A stretch of 64,000 nt of DNA from Candidatus Dormiibacterota bacterium (GTDB taxonomy: Bacteria > Chloroflexota > Dormibacteria > Aeolococcales > Aeolococcaceae): NCBI GenBank assembly GCA_963709585.1, contig CAVPXI010000008.1, positions 1 to 64,000 of the forward strand, in the 5' to 3' direction. The notes beneath the pieces are model-generated. The model worked only from the letters and a program-made list of their open reading frames with translations. It had not been told where the DNA came from and did no database searches. This document shows, piece by piece, positions 19,888-29,637 of this stretch. A program made the position numbers and the translations under genes. The stretch's first letter is position 1. Each line of letters begins with the position of its first letter.

Positions 19888-20655
19888 ATGGGACGCCTCG
19901 ACGGTAAGGTGGCAGTGATCACGGGCGCGGCGGGTGGTATCGGGCGCGAGGCGGCGATGCTCTTCTCCGACGAGGGAGCGTCGGTGGTGATCGCCGACAC
20001 CGGTCGCTCCGCCGGCGCACAGGCGGCCGCCGACTGCAAGCGGGCAATATTTGTCGAGGTCGACGTGAGCGACGCGGCGAGCGTCGCCGAGATGTATGCC
20101 GCGGCCGTCGTCGCCTATGGAGGCGTCGACATCCTCTACAACAACGCGGGGATCATGCCCGCCGACGATGACTCCATCCTGACCACCGAACCCGATGCGT
20201 GGGATCGGGTGCAGGCGGTCAACGCGAAAGGTGTGTTCCTCTGCTGCAAGTATGGGATTCCACACCTGCTCGAACGAGGTGGCGGCTCGGTGATCAACGT
20301 CGCGTCTTTCGTCGCCCTGGTCGGCGCGGCCACGTCACAGATCGGCTATACGGCGTCGAAAGGCGCCGTGCTGTCGATGAGCCGCGAGCTTGCGGTCCAG
20401 TTCGCACGTCAGGGCGTCCGAGTCAACGCGCTGTGTCCCGGGCCGGTCGAGACGCCGTTGCTCATGCGCCTTTTCTCGGACAATCCTGACGCATATGAGC
20501 GCCGACGCATCCATCTGCCGATGGGCCGGCTTGCCACAGCCCGCGAGATCGCCAACGCGGCGCTGTTTCTCGCCAGCGACAACTCCTCGTACGTCAACGG
20601 TGCGACGTTCCTCGTCGACGGTGGGCTCACCGCCGCCTATGTGACCCCGGAGTAG
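19888..20655 (+). CDS. Short-chain dehydrogenase/reductase
   Basis: TGAAGGIG, NNAG, YTASKG. Confidence 0.93.
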   Translation: MGRLDGKVAVITGAAGGIGREAAMLFSDEGASVVIADTGRSAGAQAAADCKRAIFVEVDVSDAASVAEMYAAAVVAYGGVDILYNNAGIMPADDDSILTTEPDAWDRVQAVNAKGVFLCCKYGIPHLLERGGGSVINVASFVALVGAATSQIGYTASKGAVLSMSRELAVQFARQGVRVNALCPGPVETPLLMRLFSDNPDAYERRRIHLPMGRLATAREIANAALFLASDNSSYVNGATFLVDGGLTAAYVTPE

Positions 20656-20752
20656 CGCCCGCCCAGTGGGTCTGTAACCCCCGGCGTAACCCTCTACGTG
20701 ACGAATACACCGGCGACCGCCGCACCGACTGTCGGTGTCATGATCCCTCCAC

Positions 20753-21853
20753 ATGGCTGTTGAGGCGGCGATCCGCTCCGCGGCGATGCCCGATCGTCGC
20801 GTGGCCCGGCCGGCGCCGGCGCCGGTGACCATCGAGGGGCTCGGTACCGCGGTTCCTCCGAATCGCGTCGGCGGCGACGAGGTCCTCCGCCTGATCACTC
20901 AACTCTGGCCGCGACTGGAGCGGCGGGTCAGCCTGTTCACCAATGAACTCTCCGACAGGCATCGTTACCTGGTGCGGCCGGTCGAAGAGGCGCTCGTCCC
21001 GCTCAGCCCCGGGGAGCAGGCGGCTCGCTACGCCGCCGAGGCAACGCCCCTTGCTCTCGCCGCCGCTCGGCGAGCCATCACCCAGGCTGACGCGGCGATT
21101 GAGGACATCGGACTGATCGTCGTGTCATCGTGCACGGGATTCGTGCTTCCCGGGGTCGATGTCCAGTTGATCAATCAGCTCCGGCTCCGGCGCGACATCC
21201 GGCGCATGCCGTTCATGAACTTCGGATGTGCCGGGGGCGCCGCTGCGCTGACCTGGGCATCCGACTGGGTTCGCTCGCATCCCGATGAGACCGCGCTGGT
21301 GGTGGCCGTCGAGGTGCCGTCGCTCACCTTTCGGCCCGAGGACGCGTCGGCCGACAACCTGTTGAGCGTGCTCGTCTTCGGCGACGGCGCCGGCGCCGCA
21401 GTGCTCCGTGGTGGTGCGCTACCGGGGCGCATCGGGATCGGCAGGACCGGTCATCAGCTGGTGGCGTCGACCACCGAGGCGCTCGGCTTCGAGCTGGCCG
21501 ATGACGGTTTCAGGCCTGTGGTGTCGCGCCGGCTGCCCCAGCTTCTCGAGAGCCACCTCCCCGCCATGGTCGATAATTTCATCGGTTCGGCCTCCGACCT
21601 CGACGCGATCGCGCTCCACCCGGGTGGCCAGGCAATCGTCGACTCGGTGACGCGGTGTCTTGGGTTGCGCGACGCTCAGCTCGCCGCGACCCGCCGGGTT
21701 ATGAGCAGCACCGGCAACACATCGTCAGCCGCGATCCTGTTCGTCCTCGAGGAGCTCGCAGGGCATCTCCCCAGCACCGAAGGGAGAGGCCTTGGCGCGG
21801 CATTCGGGCCGGGCCTCATGGTCGAGCTCATCGAGCTGCTCTGGTCGTCATGA
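20753..21853 (+). CDS. Type III polyketide synthase (SrsA/BpsA-like)
   Basis: Cys-His-Asn triad in FGCAGG, HPGG and GNTSS; also FGDGAGA and FGPGL. Confidence 0.93.
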   Translation: MAVEAAIRSAAMPDRRVARPAPAPVTIEGLGTAVPPNRVGGDEVLRLITQLWPRLERRVSLFTNELSDRHRYLVRPVEEALVPLSPGEQAARYAAEATPLALAAARRAITQADAAIEDIGLIVVSSCTGFVLPGVDVQLINQLRLRRDIRRMPFMNFGCAGGAAALTWASDWVRSHPDETALVVAVEVPSLTFRPEDASADNLLSVLVFGDGAGAAVLRGGALPGRIGIGRTGHQLVASTTEALGFELADDGFRPVVSRRLPQLLESHLPAMVDNFIGSASDLDAIALHPGGQAIVDSVTRCLGLRDAQLAATRRVMSSTGNTSSAAILFVLEELAGHLPSTEGRGLGAAFGPGLMVELIELLWSS

Positions 21854-22467
21854 ACCGGCCCGCGCGAACCGCTCTGGTGCTCGTGAGTGGAGCGCAGCGG
21901 CTCGCCGAGCTGAGGACCTCGGCTCGCAACCGGGCCCGGGAAGGCGAAGCTGAGCAGGCATCGCCGTCGACCTACCCGGTCATGGTCGCTGTGCACGTTG
22001 CACTCTTCGCAGTCAGCGTCTGGCCGCGCTCCCGCCGGCGAGTGTCGCGGCCCGCCGAGGTCGCCGCGGTGATCGGTCTGGCCGCGGCCGCCGGCCTGCG
22101 TCGGTGGGTGATCCGAACCCTGGGCACGAGCTGGAACGTGACCGCCCATGTTCCACCGGAGGGTCACATACAGACTGGCGGCCCGTATCGCTATGTGCGC
22201 CATCCGAACTACGTCGCCGTGGCGCTCGAATTCGCGTGTCTCCCGACTGCGGTCGGTGCCATCCCAGAGGCTGTCGTCCTCTCGCTCGCAAATGCCGCGG
22301 TGATGGTGCCTCGAATTCGTGCCGAGGAGCGATTGCTCGATGCGATCCCCGGGTACCGCGAGGCGTTTCGCGGCGTCCCGCGCTTCATTCCCCGCCCCAG
22401 CCGCCGCAGCCGTCAGATCCCCGCCAGCGACACCCAGTCCCGCGCGGTGAGATTCCCGAACGTCTGA
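21850..22467 (+). CDS. Isoprenylcysteine carboxyl methyltransferase-family protein (SrsB/BpsB-like)
   Basis: QRLAEL, YPVMVAVH, GPYRYVRHPNY, RIRAEE; ATGA overlap with the PKS stop. Confidence 0.9.
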   Translation: MNRPARTALVLVSGAQRLAELRTSARNRAREGEAEQASPSTYPVMVAVHVALFAVSVWPRSRRRVSRPAEVAAVIGLAAAAGLRRWVIRTLGTSWNVTAHVPPEGHIQTGGPYRYVRHPNYVAVALEFACLPTAVGAIPEAVVLSLANAAVMVPRIRAEERLLDAIPGYREAFRGVPRFIPRPSRRSRQIPASDTQSRAVRFPNV

Positions 22468-23591
22468 TACCCGCAGTTGATCGCCATCAGCTTGCTCAAT
22501 GCACGCGGATCGCGCGTTGCCCGCGTCAGCGCCCGGCGTGTCAGCATCGGCGATGCCGCCAGCCTGAGCGTCAATCGCGTGACCCGGCGCCGGTCACGCA
22601 CCAGGTCGGCGTGGTCGGTCGCGTAGCGCGCTGCCGCAATGTCGACAGTGCTGCGATTGCTGAGGAAGTCGCCGGTGTGCTGCGCGAGACGCTCGGCGAG
22701 TAGCATCCCGATCGCGATGCCATCGCCGGTGATCGGGTCGTCATACCCGGACGCGTCTCCCACGAGAAACACGCCACCGTCGGCGACCGCGCGCACTCGC
22801 TGATGGAAGTGAGCTGCGCCGAGGGGGTCCGACACCAGTTCCGCGTCGCTGAGCGCCGGAACATCTCGCCGTGCCGCACCCATGTAGCTTCGCGCCGTCA
22901 TCGGTGGTCGCGATCGATGCGTGAGGATCGACACCAGGAGCAGGTCCGGCCCCACCGGTGCCTCGTACCATTCGTGGCCCCGCGCGATCGTCACATTCAC
23001 GGCATCCCGATCGCGCGTATCGATTCGCCAGTGGCCTGCGAGCCCGTAGCGCATGCGGGCCTGCGATGGGACGCTCAGCCCGGCCCAGGCGCGGACCTGC
23101 GAATGCAGCCCGTCAGCGCCGACCACGATTCGAGCCGTGATGTCGCCGGTCGTGGTCGTGACCCCGATCACGCCGCTGGACGGGTCACGGAGCAGCCCGG
23201 TGACTCGCTCGGTCTCGCGGACCTCGGCGCGGTGCTCGTGACGCACCGCGTCCACAAGCATCGCGTCGAAGCTCGTACGTCGAACGCCGAGCCCGGCACC
23301 CGCTCCTCCGCGCGGCGGCACGGGAAAGGGCACGTGGACACGTGGCCCGCCGCGCTGCTGGAAGGTGACGCCGCGCAGCGCATGCGCACCGGTCGCAAGG
23401 ACGGTCTCGTAGAGGCCCATCCTGCGGAGCGCTTCCACACCCGGGGGCATGACTCCCTCGCCACACGCTTTGTCACGAGGGAATCGAGCCCGATCCACGA
23501 GGACGACGTCGTGGCCGCTTCTGGCGAGGAGGAGCGCCGTGGTTGCGCCACTCGGACCCGCGCCCACCACGACCGCCTCGGTCTCGATCAC
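22413..23591 (-). CDS. FAD-dependent oxidoreductase/monooxygenase (SrsC or geranylgeranyl reductase-like)
   Basis: VVGAGPSG, FPRDKACGE, GADGLHS, LVGDASG..DPITGDG. Confidence 0.88.
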   Translation of the reverse strand: MIETEAVVVGAGPSGATTALLLARSGHDVVLVDRARFPRDKACGEGVMPPGVEALRRMGLYETVLATGAHALRGVTFQQRGGPRVHVPFPVPPRGGAGAGLGVRRTSFDAMLVDAVRHEHRAEVRETERVTGLLRDPSSGVIGVTTTTGDITARIVVGADGLHSQVRAWAGLSVPSQARMRYGLAGHWRIDTRDRDAVNVTIARGHEWYEAPVGPDLLLVSILTHRSRPPMTARSYMGAARRDVPALSDAELVSDPLGAAHFHQRVRAVADGGVFLVGDASGYDDPITGDGIAIGMLLAERLAQHTGDFLSNRSTVDIAAARYATDHADLVRDRRRVTRLTLRLAASPMLTRRALTRATRDPRALSKLMAINCGYQTFGNLTARDWVSLAGI

Positions 23592-23673
23592 CGGGGCACT
23601 GTCGCAGAACGACCCGGACGCGGGCGTATCGACCGGGGACCACACTCCGCCGATCCCGGGGGATGATGCGTCG

Positions 23674-24918
23674 GTGACGTTTCTTTCGGGGCTGCACGGG
23701 GTGGTTGCGCTGGCGCTGCTCCCCGCGCTGCTCTTCGCCGAGGAGGCAGGCGTCCCGCTGCCGTTCGCCCCGGGGGAGCTGGTGCTCCTGGTTGCGGGCC
23801 TGCTCATCGCATCCGGCGGGCTCAATCCGTATGCGTTCATACCGCTGGCGCTCGTCGCCTGCATCGCCGGGTCGCTGGTCGGCTACAGCTGGGCTCGCGC
23901 CGTCGGTGATCGAGGTCTCAGAGGGCTGGCCCGGCGCCTGCGCCAGCAGCGCAACCTCGAGCGCGTCGAGGCACGGCTTCGCGCGACGGGATGGAGAGGG
24001 ATCGCGATCAGCAGGCTGATCCCAGGCCTGCGCATCTACACCACGTTGGTCGCGGGTGCTGTCCAGGTCCGGCGGCAGTCATTCATCCTGGCGATGGTCG
24101 CGTCGACGATCGTCTGGGTCGGAGTCTTCGTCTCCCTCGGAATCCTGATCGGCGTGCCCGTCGAGCATTTTCTTGGCCGGATTCAACAACTCGCCGTTCA
24201 GGGGGCGATCCTCGTCGCCATGGGCGTCGGCTGCTACGTGGCGGTGCGCAAGACGCCGTCGTCGTCGGGGGCAGGGCTCGTCCGGGTGCCACGCTGGGTG
24301 CGAGTTGTGCTCGCCGCCCTGCTCGATATCGGCGTCGTGGCCAGCATCGTGACCGGGTTGCTTGCCCTCGGGCGCCTGCTCGATCTCGGCTTCGGGAGCG
24401 GCTGGTTGGACCCGGTGATTGCGCTCCTGGTCGTCGGAGCGTTTTATGTGATCGTCGCCCGGCGCAGTGCAGGGGCGACGGCAGGCGAGGTCCTGCTGCA
24501 GACCAGCTACGTCAGCGGTCATGGGTTGCCGCTGAAACCTCGAGCGGCGCTGGCGGCGGTGCGCTCCCTGGTCACACGATCGGACGACGAGCTGACGGCC
24601 ACCGGTGACCTGCTCCACGCGCTCGGCGATCCCGAGCGGCTCCGGATCGTCACCCAGCTGCTCGACGGCCCCCAGACGCTCGATGAGCTCGCCTTGAGGT
24701 CGAGGCTCTCCCCCTTCGAAGTCCTGCACCAGCTCGATCGATTCCAGTCGACCGGAGTACTCGTGATCAACGGCCAGGAACCGAACGCGACGTATGCGAT
24801 TCGCGCCGACCTGGGCCATGTGCTGCTCCAGCTGCTGGCCATCATGGAGTCGACACCGACGGCGACCGCGCCTCAGGAGGCCATGCCGAAGCCGGCGCAG
24901 ACCAACCCCGTCGGCTAA
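23674..24918 (+). CDS. DedA-family membrane protein fused to an RDD-like segment and a C-terminal ArsR-type HTH
   Basis: EEAGVPLPFAPGE and SRLIPGLR (DedA); R..LAALLD...FY...GATAGE (RDD-like); LHALGDPERLRIV..L.DGP.TLDELA (ArsR). Confidence 0.8.
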   Translation: MTFLSGLHGVVALALLPALLFAEEAGVPLPFAPGELVLLVAGLLIASGGLNPYAFIPLALVACIAGSLVGYSWARAVGDRGLRGLARRLRQQRNLERVEARLRATGWRGIAISRLIPGLRIYTTLVAGAVQVRRQSFILAMVASTIVWVGVFVSLGILIGVPVEHFLGRIQQLAVQGAILVAMGVGCYVAVRKTPSSSGAGLVRVPRWVRVVLAALLDIGVVASIVTGLLALGRLLDLGFGSGWLDPVIALLVVGAFYVIVARRSAGATAGEVLLQTSYVSGHGLPLKPRAALAAVRSLVTRSDDELTATGDLLHALGDPERLRIVTQLLDGPQTLDELALRSRLSPFEVLHQLDRFQSTGVLVINGQEPNATYAIRADLGHVLLQLLAIMESTPTATAPQEAMPKPAQTNPVG

Positions 24919-24955
24919 CCAGCCGGACGCGGCTTGGTTCTCCCGACGGTCGCGC

Positions 24956-25975
24956 TCAGAGCGCTCCGACGATGAGCGCAAACACAGCCGCCATTGCGGC
25001 AGTCGCAGGGATGGTGAGCACCCAGGCGACCAGAATATTTCGCGCCACACCCCATCGCACCGCTCCGAGCCGGCGGGTTGCCCCCGCTCCCATCACCGCC
25101 CCAGAGACCACATGTGTCGTGCTCACCGGCAGCGCGAGTTGCGTGGCGCCCTGAATCACGACCGCCGCCATGGTCTGGGCGCAGAAGCCGTCGACCGGCT
25201 CGAGCCTGATCACCTTCATGCCCAGGGTCCGGATGATCCGCCAGCCGCCTGCGTATGTCCCGAACCCGATCGCCGTCGCCGCCAGCAGCACCACCCAGAG
25301 CGGCGGTGACGGAAATTGTTTTCCACCCGCGGAAAGCACGCCTGCGCTAACCAACGCGAGGGTGATCACCCCCATCGTCTTCTGCGCGTCATTGGCCCCG
25401 TGCGAAAACGACACGAACGCCCCGGACGCGATCTGAGCCAGGCGAAAGCGTCGGTTCATGGGACTTGGCTGGGCGTGGCGGAACACGTCGAGGGTGAGGA
25501 TGGTGAACGCATACGCCAAAACGAGTCCGATGAGTGGTGAGGCGACCAGTGCGATGACCACAGGAACCACGGATCCCCATTTAACCGCGTCCACGCCATA
25601 CGCGACCACGCCCATACCGATGAGTGCCCCGATCAATGCATGCGACGAGCTCGACGGCAATCCCAAACGCCAGGTGATGAGGTTCCAGACGATCGCGCCC
25701 ACGAGCGCCGCAATGATCATGCCGAGCGACACGCCGTGCTTTGGCGCAACCAGTCCTCCGATTGTGTTGGCGACATGCGTGTGCAGAATCTCGATGGCGA
25801 TCAGCGCGCCCAGAAGATTGAACGCCGCCGACATGGCGACCGCCGTGCGCGGCCCGAGCGCACGCGTGCTGATCGACGTCGCCACCGCGTTCGCTGTGTC
25901 ATGGAATCCGTTGGTGAAGTCGAATCCCAGCGCGATCACCACGGTCGCGATCAGCAGCGTATCGACGCCGGTCAC
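24956..25975 (-). CDS. PiT-family inorganic phosphate transporter
   Basis: NGFHDTANAVAT, GLPSSSSHALIG, HGANDAQKTMG, PVSTTH. Confidence 0.95.
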   Translation of the reverse strand: MTGVDTLLIATVVIALGFDFTNGFHDTANAVATSISTRALGPRTAVAMSAAFNLLGALIAIEILHTHVANTIGGLVAPKHGVSLGMIIAALVGAIVWNLITWRLGLPSSSSHALIGALIGMGVVAYGVDAVKWGSVVPVVIALVASPLIGLVLAYAFTILTLDVFRHAQPSPMNRRFRLAQIASGAFVSFSHGANDAQKTMGVITLALVSAGVLSAGGKQFPSPPLWVVLLAATAIGFGTYAGGWRIIRTLGMKVIRLEPVDGFCAQTMAAVVIQGATQLALPVSTTHVVSGAVMGAGATRRLGAVRWGVARNILVAWVLTIPATAAMAAVFALIVGAL

Positions 25976-26592
25976 GCGTTCTTGATGATGATGCCTTCGA
26001 TAACGTTGGCCACGTCCTCGCAGCGATCGAGCGAATCTTCGAGCAGCGTGTAGAAGTCCTTGAGCTTGATGATCGTGACTGCGTCGTGCCCCCCGCTGAA
26101 CAGCTCCCCGATTGCGCGCCGCAACTCGGTATCGGCGACGTTCTCGATGCGATGGACCTCGATGCCGTGGTCGCTCACCCCGGCCTTCGCCTCGAGCTTC
26201 GAGACCGCCGCCTGGATCTGCACGGCCGCTTCCACGATCAGACCGGCCATGGATCGCGCCGCCGGTGGGATCTCGGCGATCCCGTAGAGGACGATCGTCT
26301 CGGCGATCTCGTCGATGTAGTCGAGCACATCATCGAGTCCCGAGCTCAAGGCGTAGATGTCCTCGCGGTCGAACGGGGTGATAAAGGTGCGGTTCAGAGT
26401 CCTGATGATCTCGTGGGTCAGCTCGTCACCGGCGTGCTCCAGGTCCTTGATCGCCGCCTGGTGCGCAGGCATCGCCTCGATGCGGTCGTCGAAGGCGGCG
26501 CGGAGCAATTGCGAGGCTTCCACCACGTTGGCCGCCTGGCGATCGAACAGCTCGTAAAATCGGCGTTCGCGACGGAGGAGACTGACCGGCAT
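25972..26592 (-). CDS. DUF47 phosphate transport regulator
   Basis: LEHAGDELTH, TFITPFDREDIY; overlaps the PiT start. Confidence 0.93.
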   Translation of the reverse strand: MPVSLLRRERRFYELFDRQAANVVEASQLLRAAFDDRIEAMPAHQAAIKDLEHAGDELTHEIIRTLNRTFITPFDREDIYALSSGLDDVLDYIDEIAETIVLYGIAEIPPAARSMAGLIVEAAVQIQAAVSKLEAKAGVSDHGIEVHRIENVADTELRRAIGELFSGGHDAVTIIKLKDFYTLLEDSLDRCEDVANVIEGIIIKNA

Positions 26593-26612
26593 GGGCGCGC
26601 CGATCCTACCTG

Positions 26613-28496
26613 ATGGACCTTCCATGCGACGACCAGGTCACCCGCGCGCCACAGAACTCCGAACGACTGCCCCAATTTGGGCCTGAGAGGGGAACCTATT
26701 TCCAGGCCCTGCCCCGGGCCGCGCGAGGCAACATTGCGGAGAGGGGTGCCGCGGGGGTTGGACACATCACCGACGTCACCCGGCCGCCCACGCCGGACGC
26801 TGTCCCCTCCGCCCATCAGTGGCAACGTCGACCGGTTCTGAGCCTGCTCGTCCGTGCCGCGGTCGTGGTCGTTCCCGCCGCGGTCGCGATCGCGGCCGGA
26901 ACCGCGGTGGGCCGTGTCCTGCCGCGACCGAACGGCTTCGCCGGTGCAGCGCTGTCGTTCGCAACGGTGACTCTGGTGATGCTCGTGACCATCATCGCGC
27001 TGGAACGCGCGGGTCGCCGTCTGCTCCCGCTCGCTGCGCTCCTCAATCTGTCGATGATCTTCCCCGACCGCGCGCCGAAGCGGTTCGCTGTGGCTCGTCG
27101 GGTTGGGAAGCCACGCGATCTACAGCGCCAGCTTCAGGAAGCGCGCGAAAAGGGCGTAACCGGCGGCGAGGTCGCGCACATGCAGCTGGTGTTGGAGCTC
27201 GTCGCGGCGCTCAGCGTCCACGACCGCCAGACCCGCGGTCACTCGGAACGGGTTCGCGTGTTCACCGACCTCATCTCCGACGAGATGAAGCTCGCTCCCG
27301 GCGATCGCGCCCGGCTGCGCTGGGCGGCGCTGCTCCACGACATCGGCAAGCTGGTCGTCCCAGCCGAAATTCTGTCCAAGCCCGCAAAGCTGACCACCGC
27401 GGAGATGGACGACGTCCGTCGTCACCCCGACGAAGGCGCGAGGCTCATCGGTTCGTTGAGCGCCTGGCTCGGCGAGTGGGCCGGCGCAGTGGCCCAACAT
27501 CACGAACGCTTCGACGGTCGCGGCTATCCGCGGGGGCTGGCCGGCGATCAGATCTCGCTCGCCGGGCGCATCGTCGCGGTCGCCAACTCGTATGAGGTGA
27601 TGACCGCGGTGCGCCCGTATCGCAAGCCGATCGGCGTCTCAGCCGCCCGGCAGGAGCTGGTGAAGTGCTCGGGGGCACAGTTCGATCCGGTCGTCGTTCG
27701 CGCCTTTCTGAACATCTCCGTGGGACGTCTCTGGCGAGTCGTCGGACTCAGTTCCTGGATCGCGCAGCTACCGCTGATCGGCTGGGTCGACCGCCTGGGA
27801 TGGAACTGGGGCGCGGCGGTCATGTCCGGGACCACGGCACTCGGCCTGACCGCGCCTGGAATACTGCCGCACACGTCCCGGCCTCCCGCGCCGACCGCGG
27901 CAATCTCGGTCGTCTCCACCGGCCCGCTGCCCGCTCAGGGACAGGGTGGATCGACCGGCCGGACCGGTGGCGCGCCAGGGACAGGCGCGACCCCCAACTC
28001 GGACAAATCATCCACTCCCTCAGCATCTCCGACGCCCGCGCCCGGCAGCGTGTTGTCGTTGCCAATCCCAACGCTCCCCGCTATCCCAGCGCCAATTCCG
28101 ACCCCAACGCCCCGCAGCTCGCCGCCGTTGCCAATCCCGACGCCCACTGCTACATCAACGCCAATCCCAACCCCAGCGCCTGCCCCGCCCCCCACGCCGC
28201 CGCCACCCGACAAGCCCCCGGTCGTGACCGTCAACGGGCGCGTCAACCTGCTCGGTGGTTTCAGCGGTTCGGGCAACTTTGCGGACCCCGACGGCGGCGG
28301 CGACACCTACACCGCGACGGTGAACTACGGGGACGGCAGCGGTCCGGTTCCGCTAACACTCACCAGCACCACCTTCGTCCTTTCATACCAGTATCCGGTG
28401 CTCGTCCTCTTGCCGCAGCAATACAAGATCACGGTGACCGTCACGGACAGCGAGGGAATATCAGGCAGCGCTTCAACCACCATCACGATCCTGTAG
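26613..28496 (+). CDS. Membrane HD-GYP domain protein with Pro/Thr linker and C-terminal PKD/Ig-like domain (start uncertain)
   Basis: TRGHSERV, LLHDIGK, HHERFDGRGYP; N-terminal TM helices; YTATVNYGDGS...YKITVTVTD. Confidence 0.85.
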   Translation: MDLPCDDQVTRAPQNSERLPQFGPERGTYFQALPRAARGNIAERGAAGVGHITDVTRPPTPDAVPSAHQWQRRPVLSLLVRAAVVVVPAAVAIAAGTAVGRVLPRPNGFAGAALSFATVTLVMLVTIIALERAGRRLLPLAALLNLSMIFPDRAPKRFAVARRVGKPRDLQRQLQEAREKGVTGGEVAHMQLVLELVAALSVHDRQTRGHSERVRVFTDLISDEMKLAPGDRARLRWAALLHDIGKLVVPAEILSKPAKLTTAEMDDVRRHPDEGARLIGSLSAWLGEWAGAVAQHHERFDGRGYPRGLAGDQISLAGRIVAVANSYEVMTAVRPYRKPIGVSAARQELVKCSGAQFDPVVVRAFLNISVGRLWRVVGLSSWIAQLPLIGWVDRLGWNWGAAVMSGTTALGLTAPGILPHTSRPPAPTAAISVVSTGPLPAQGQGGSTGRTGGAPGTGATPNSDKSSTPSASPTPAPGSVLSLPIPTLPAIPAPIPTPTPRSSPPLPIPTPTATSTPIPTPAPAPPPTPPPPDKPPVVTVNGRVNLLGGFSGSGNFADPDGGGDTYTATVNYGDGSGPVPLTLTSTTFVLSYQYPVLVLLPQQYKITVTVTDSEGISGSASTTITIL

Positions 28497-28543
28497 CAGC
28501 TCACCTTGGCCGGCAGCCGCTCCCGCCACACGGCGGACGCCTG

Positions 28544-28927
28544 TTAGTCGGCTGGGGGTGGGGTCTCGCTGAACGACGGGGCGAGGTGGCGGCGAATTTC
28601 AGCTGCCACGCTTTCGGCGTCGGGTGTGGTTACGACGAGCCGAGCATAGTCTGCGCCCGCGAGATCCACGACCACGGCCCGTTCCCGACAGTGCACAACC
28701 GCGAAGTCCTTTCCGAACGCGCCCCTTCGAGTTCCGACGGCGATAACGCTCGGAATCCCGGTACCGGGTGCACGAATGCCCCGAAGCTCGGGCCATGCGT
28801 CATCCACAACTCGGACCGCTTGCACCGCGGCGAGCGGGACGCGCACGTCGCTGTGAAAGGCCTCCACCATCTCGAGTTCGGACATCTTCACCACAAGGTC
28901 AGCGCCGTCGAGGATCAACGAGGCCAC
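28544..28927 (-). CDS. Hypothetical protein (PH-like actinobacterial family)
   Basis: GIRAPGTGIPSVIAVGT..KDFAVV; TAAGAT 6 nt before the GTG. Confidence 0.7.
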   Translation of the reverse strand: MASLILDGADLVVKMSELEMVEAFHSDVRVPLAAVQAVRVVDDAWPELRGIRAPGTGIPSVIAVGTRRGAFGKDFAVVHCRERAVVVDLAGADYARLVVTTPDAESVAAEIRRHLAPSFSETPPPAD

Positions 28928-28977
28928 ACTCGGATCTTACGAGCCGGGAGGACCGATTCGACCGCTACTCTTGCGAA

Positions 28978-29526
<549 letters not shown>

Positions 29527-29541
29527 CCATCGGGCGGCCGC

Positions 29542-29569
29542 CTGACCTCGCATATGTCAAAGGTATAAT
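29542..29569 (+). promoter_or_regulatory. Probable xylA promoter
   Basis: TATAAT at 29564-29569, CTGACC upstream, and a TGAC-N9-GTCA inverted repeat overlapping the -35 and spacer. Confidence 0.5.
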
Positions 29570-29637
29570 CGCGGCAGCCCAAGCCAACTGCGATCGCTCC
29601 GCGGCACAGAATGCTGGGGGGCAGTGAGGAGGTAGTT

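Noticed and set aside
16426-20039. Long antisense ORFs (590 aa and 513 aa here; likewise 33718-35802, 59019-60764, 5814-7178)
   Set aside because: Shadow ORFs of GC3-biased genes on the opposite strand, Arg/Gly/Pro-rich and without motifs.
27930-28220. C/A-rich stretch as a DNA repeat array or foreign insert
   Set aside because: It encodes the in-frame Pro/Thr linker of the HD-GYP protein.
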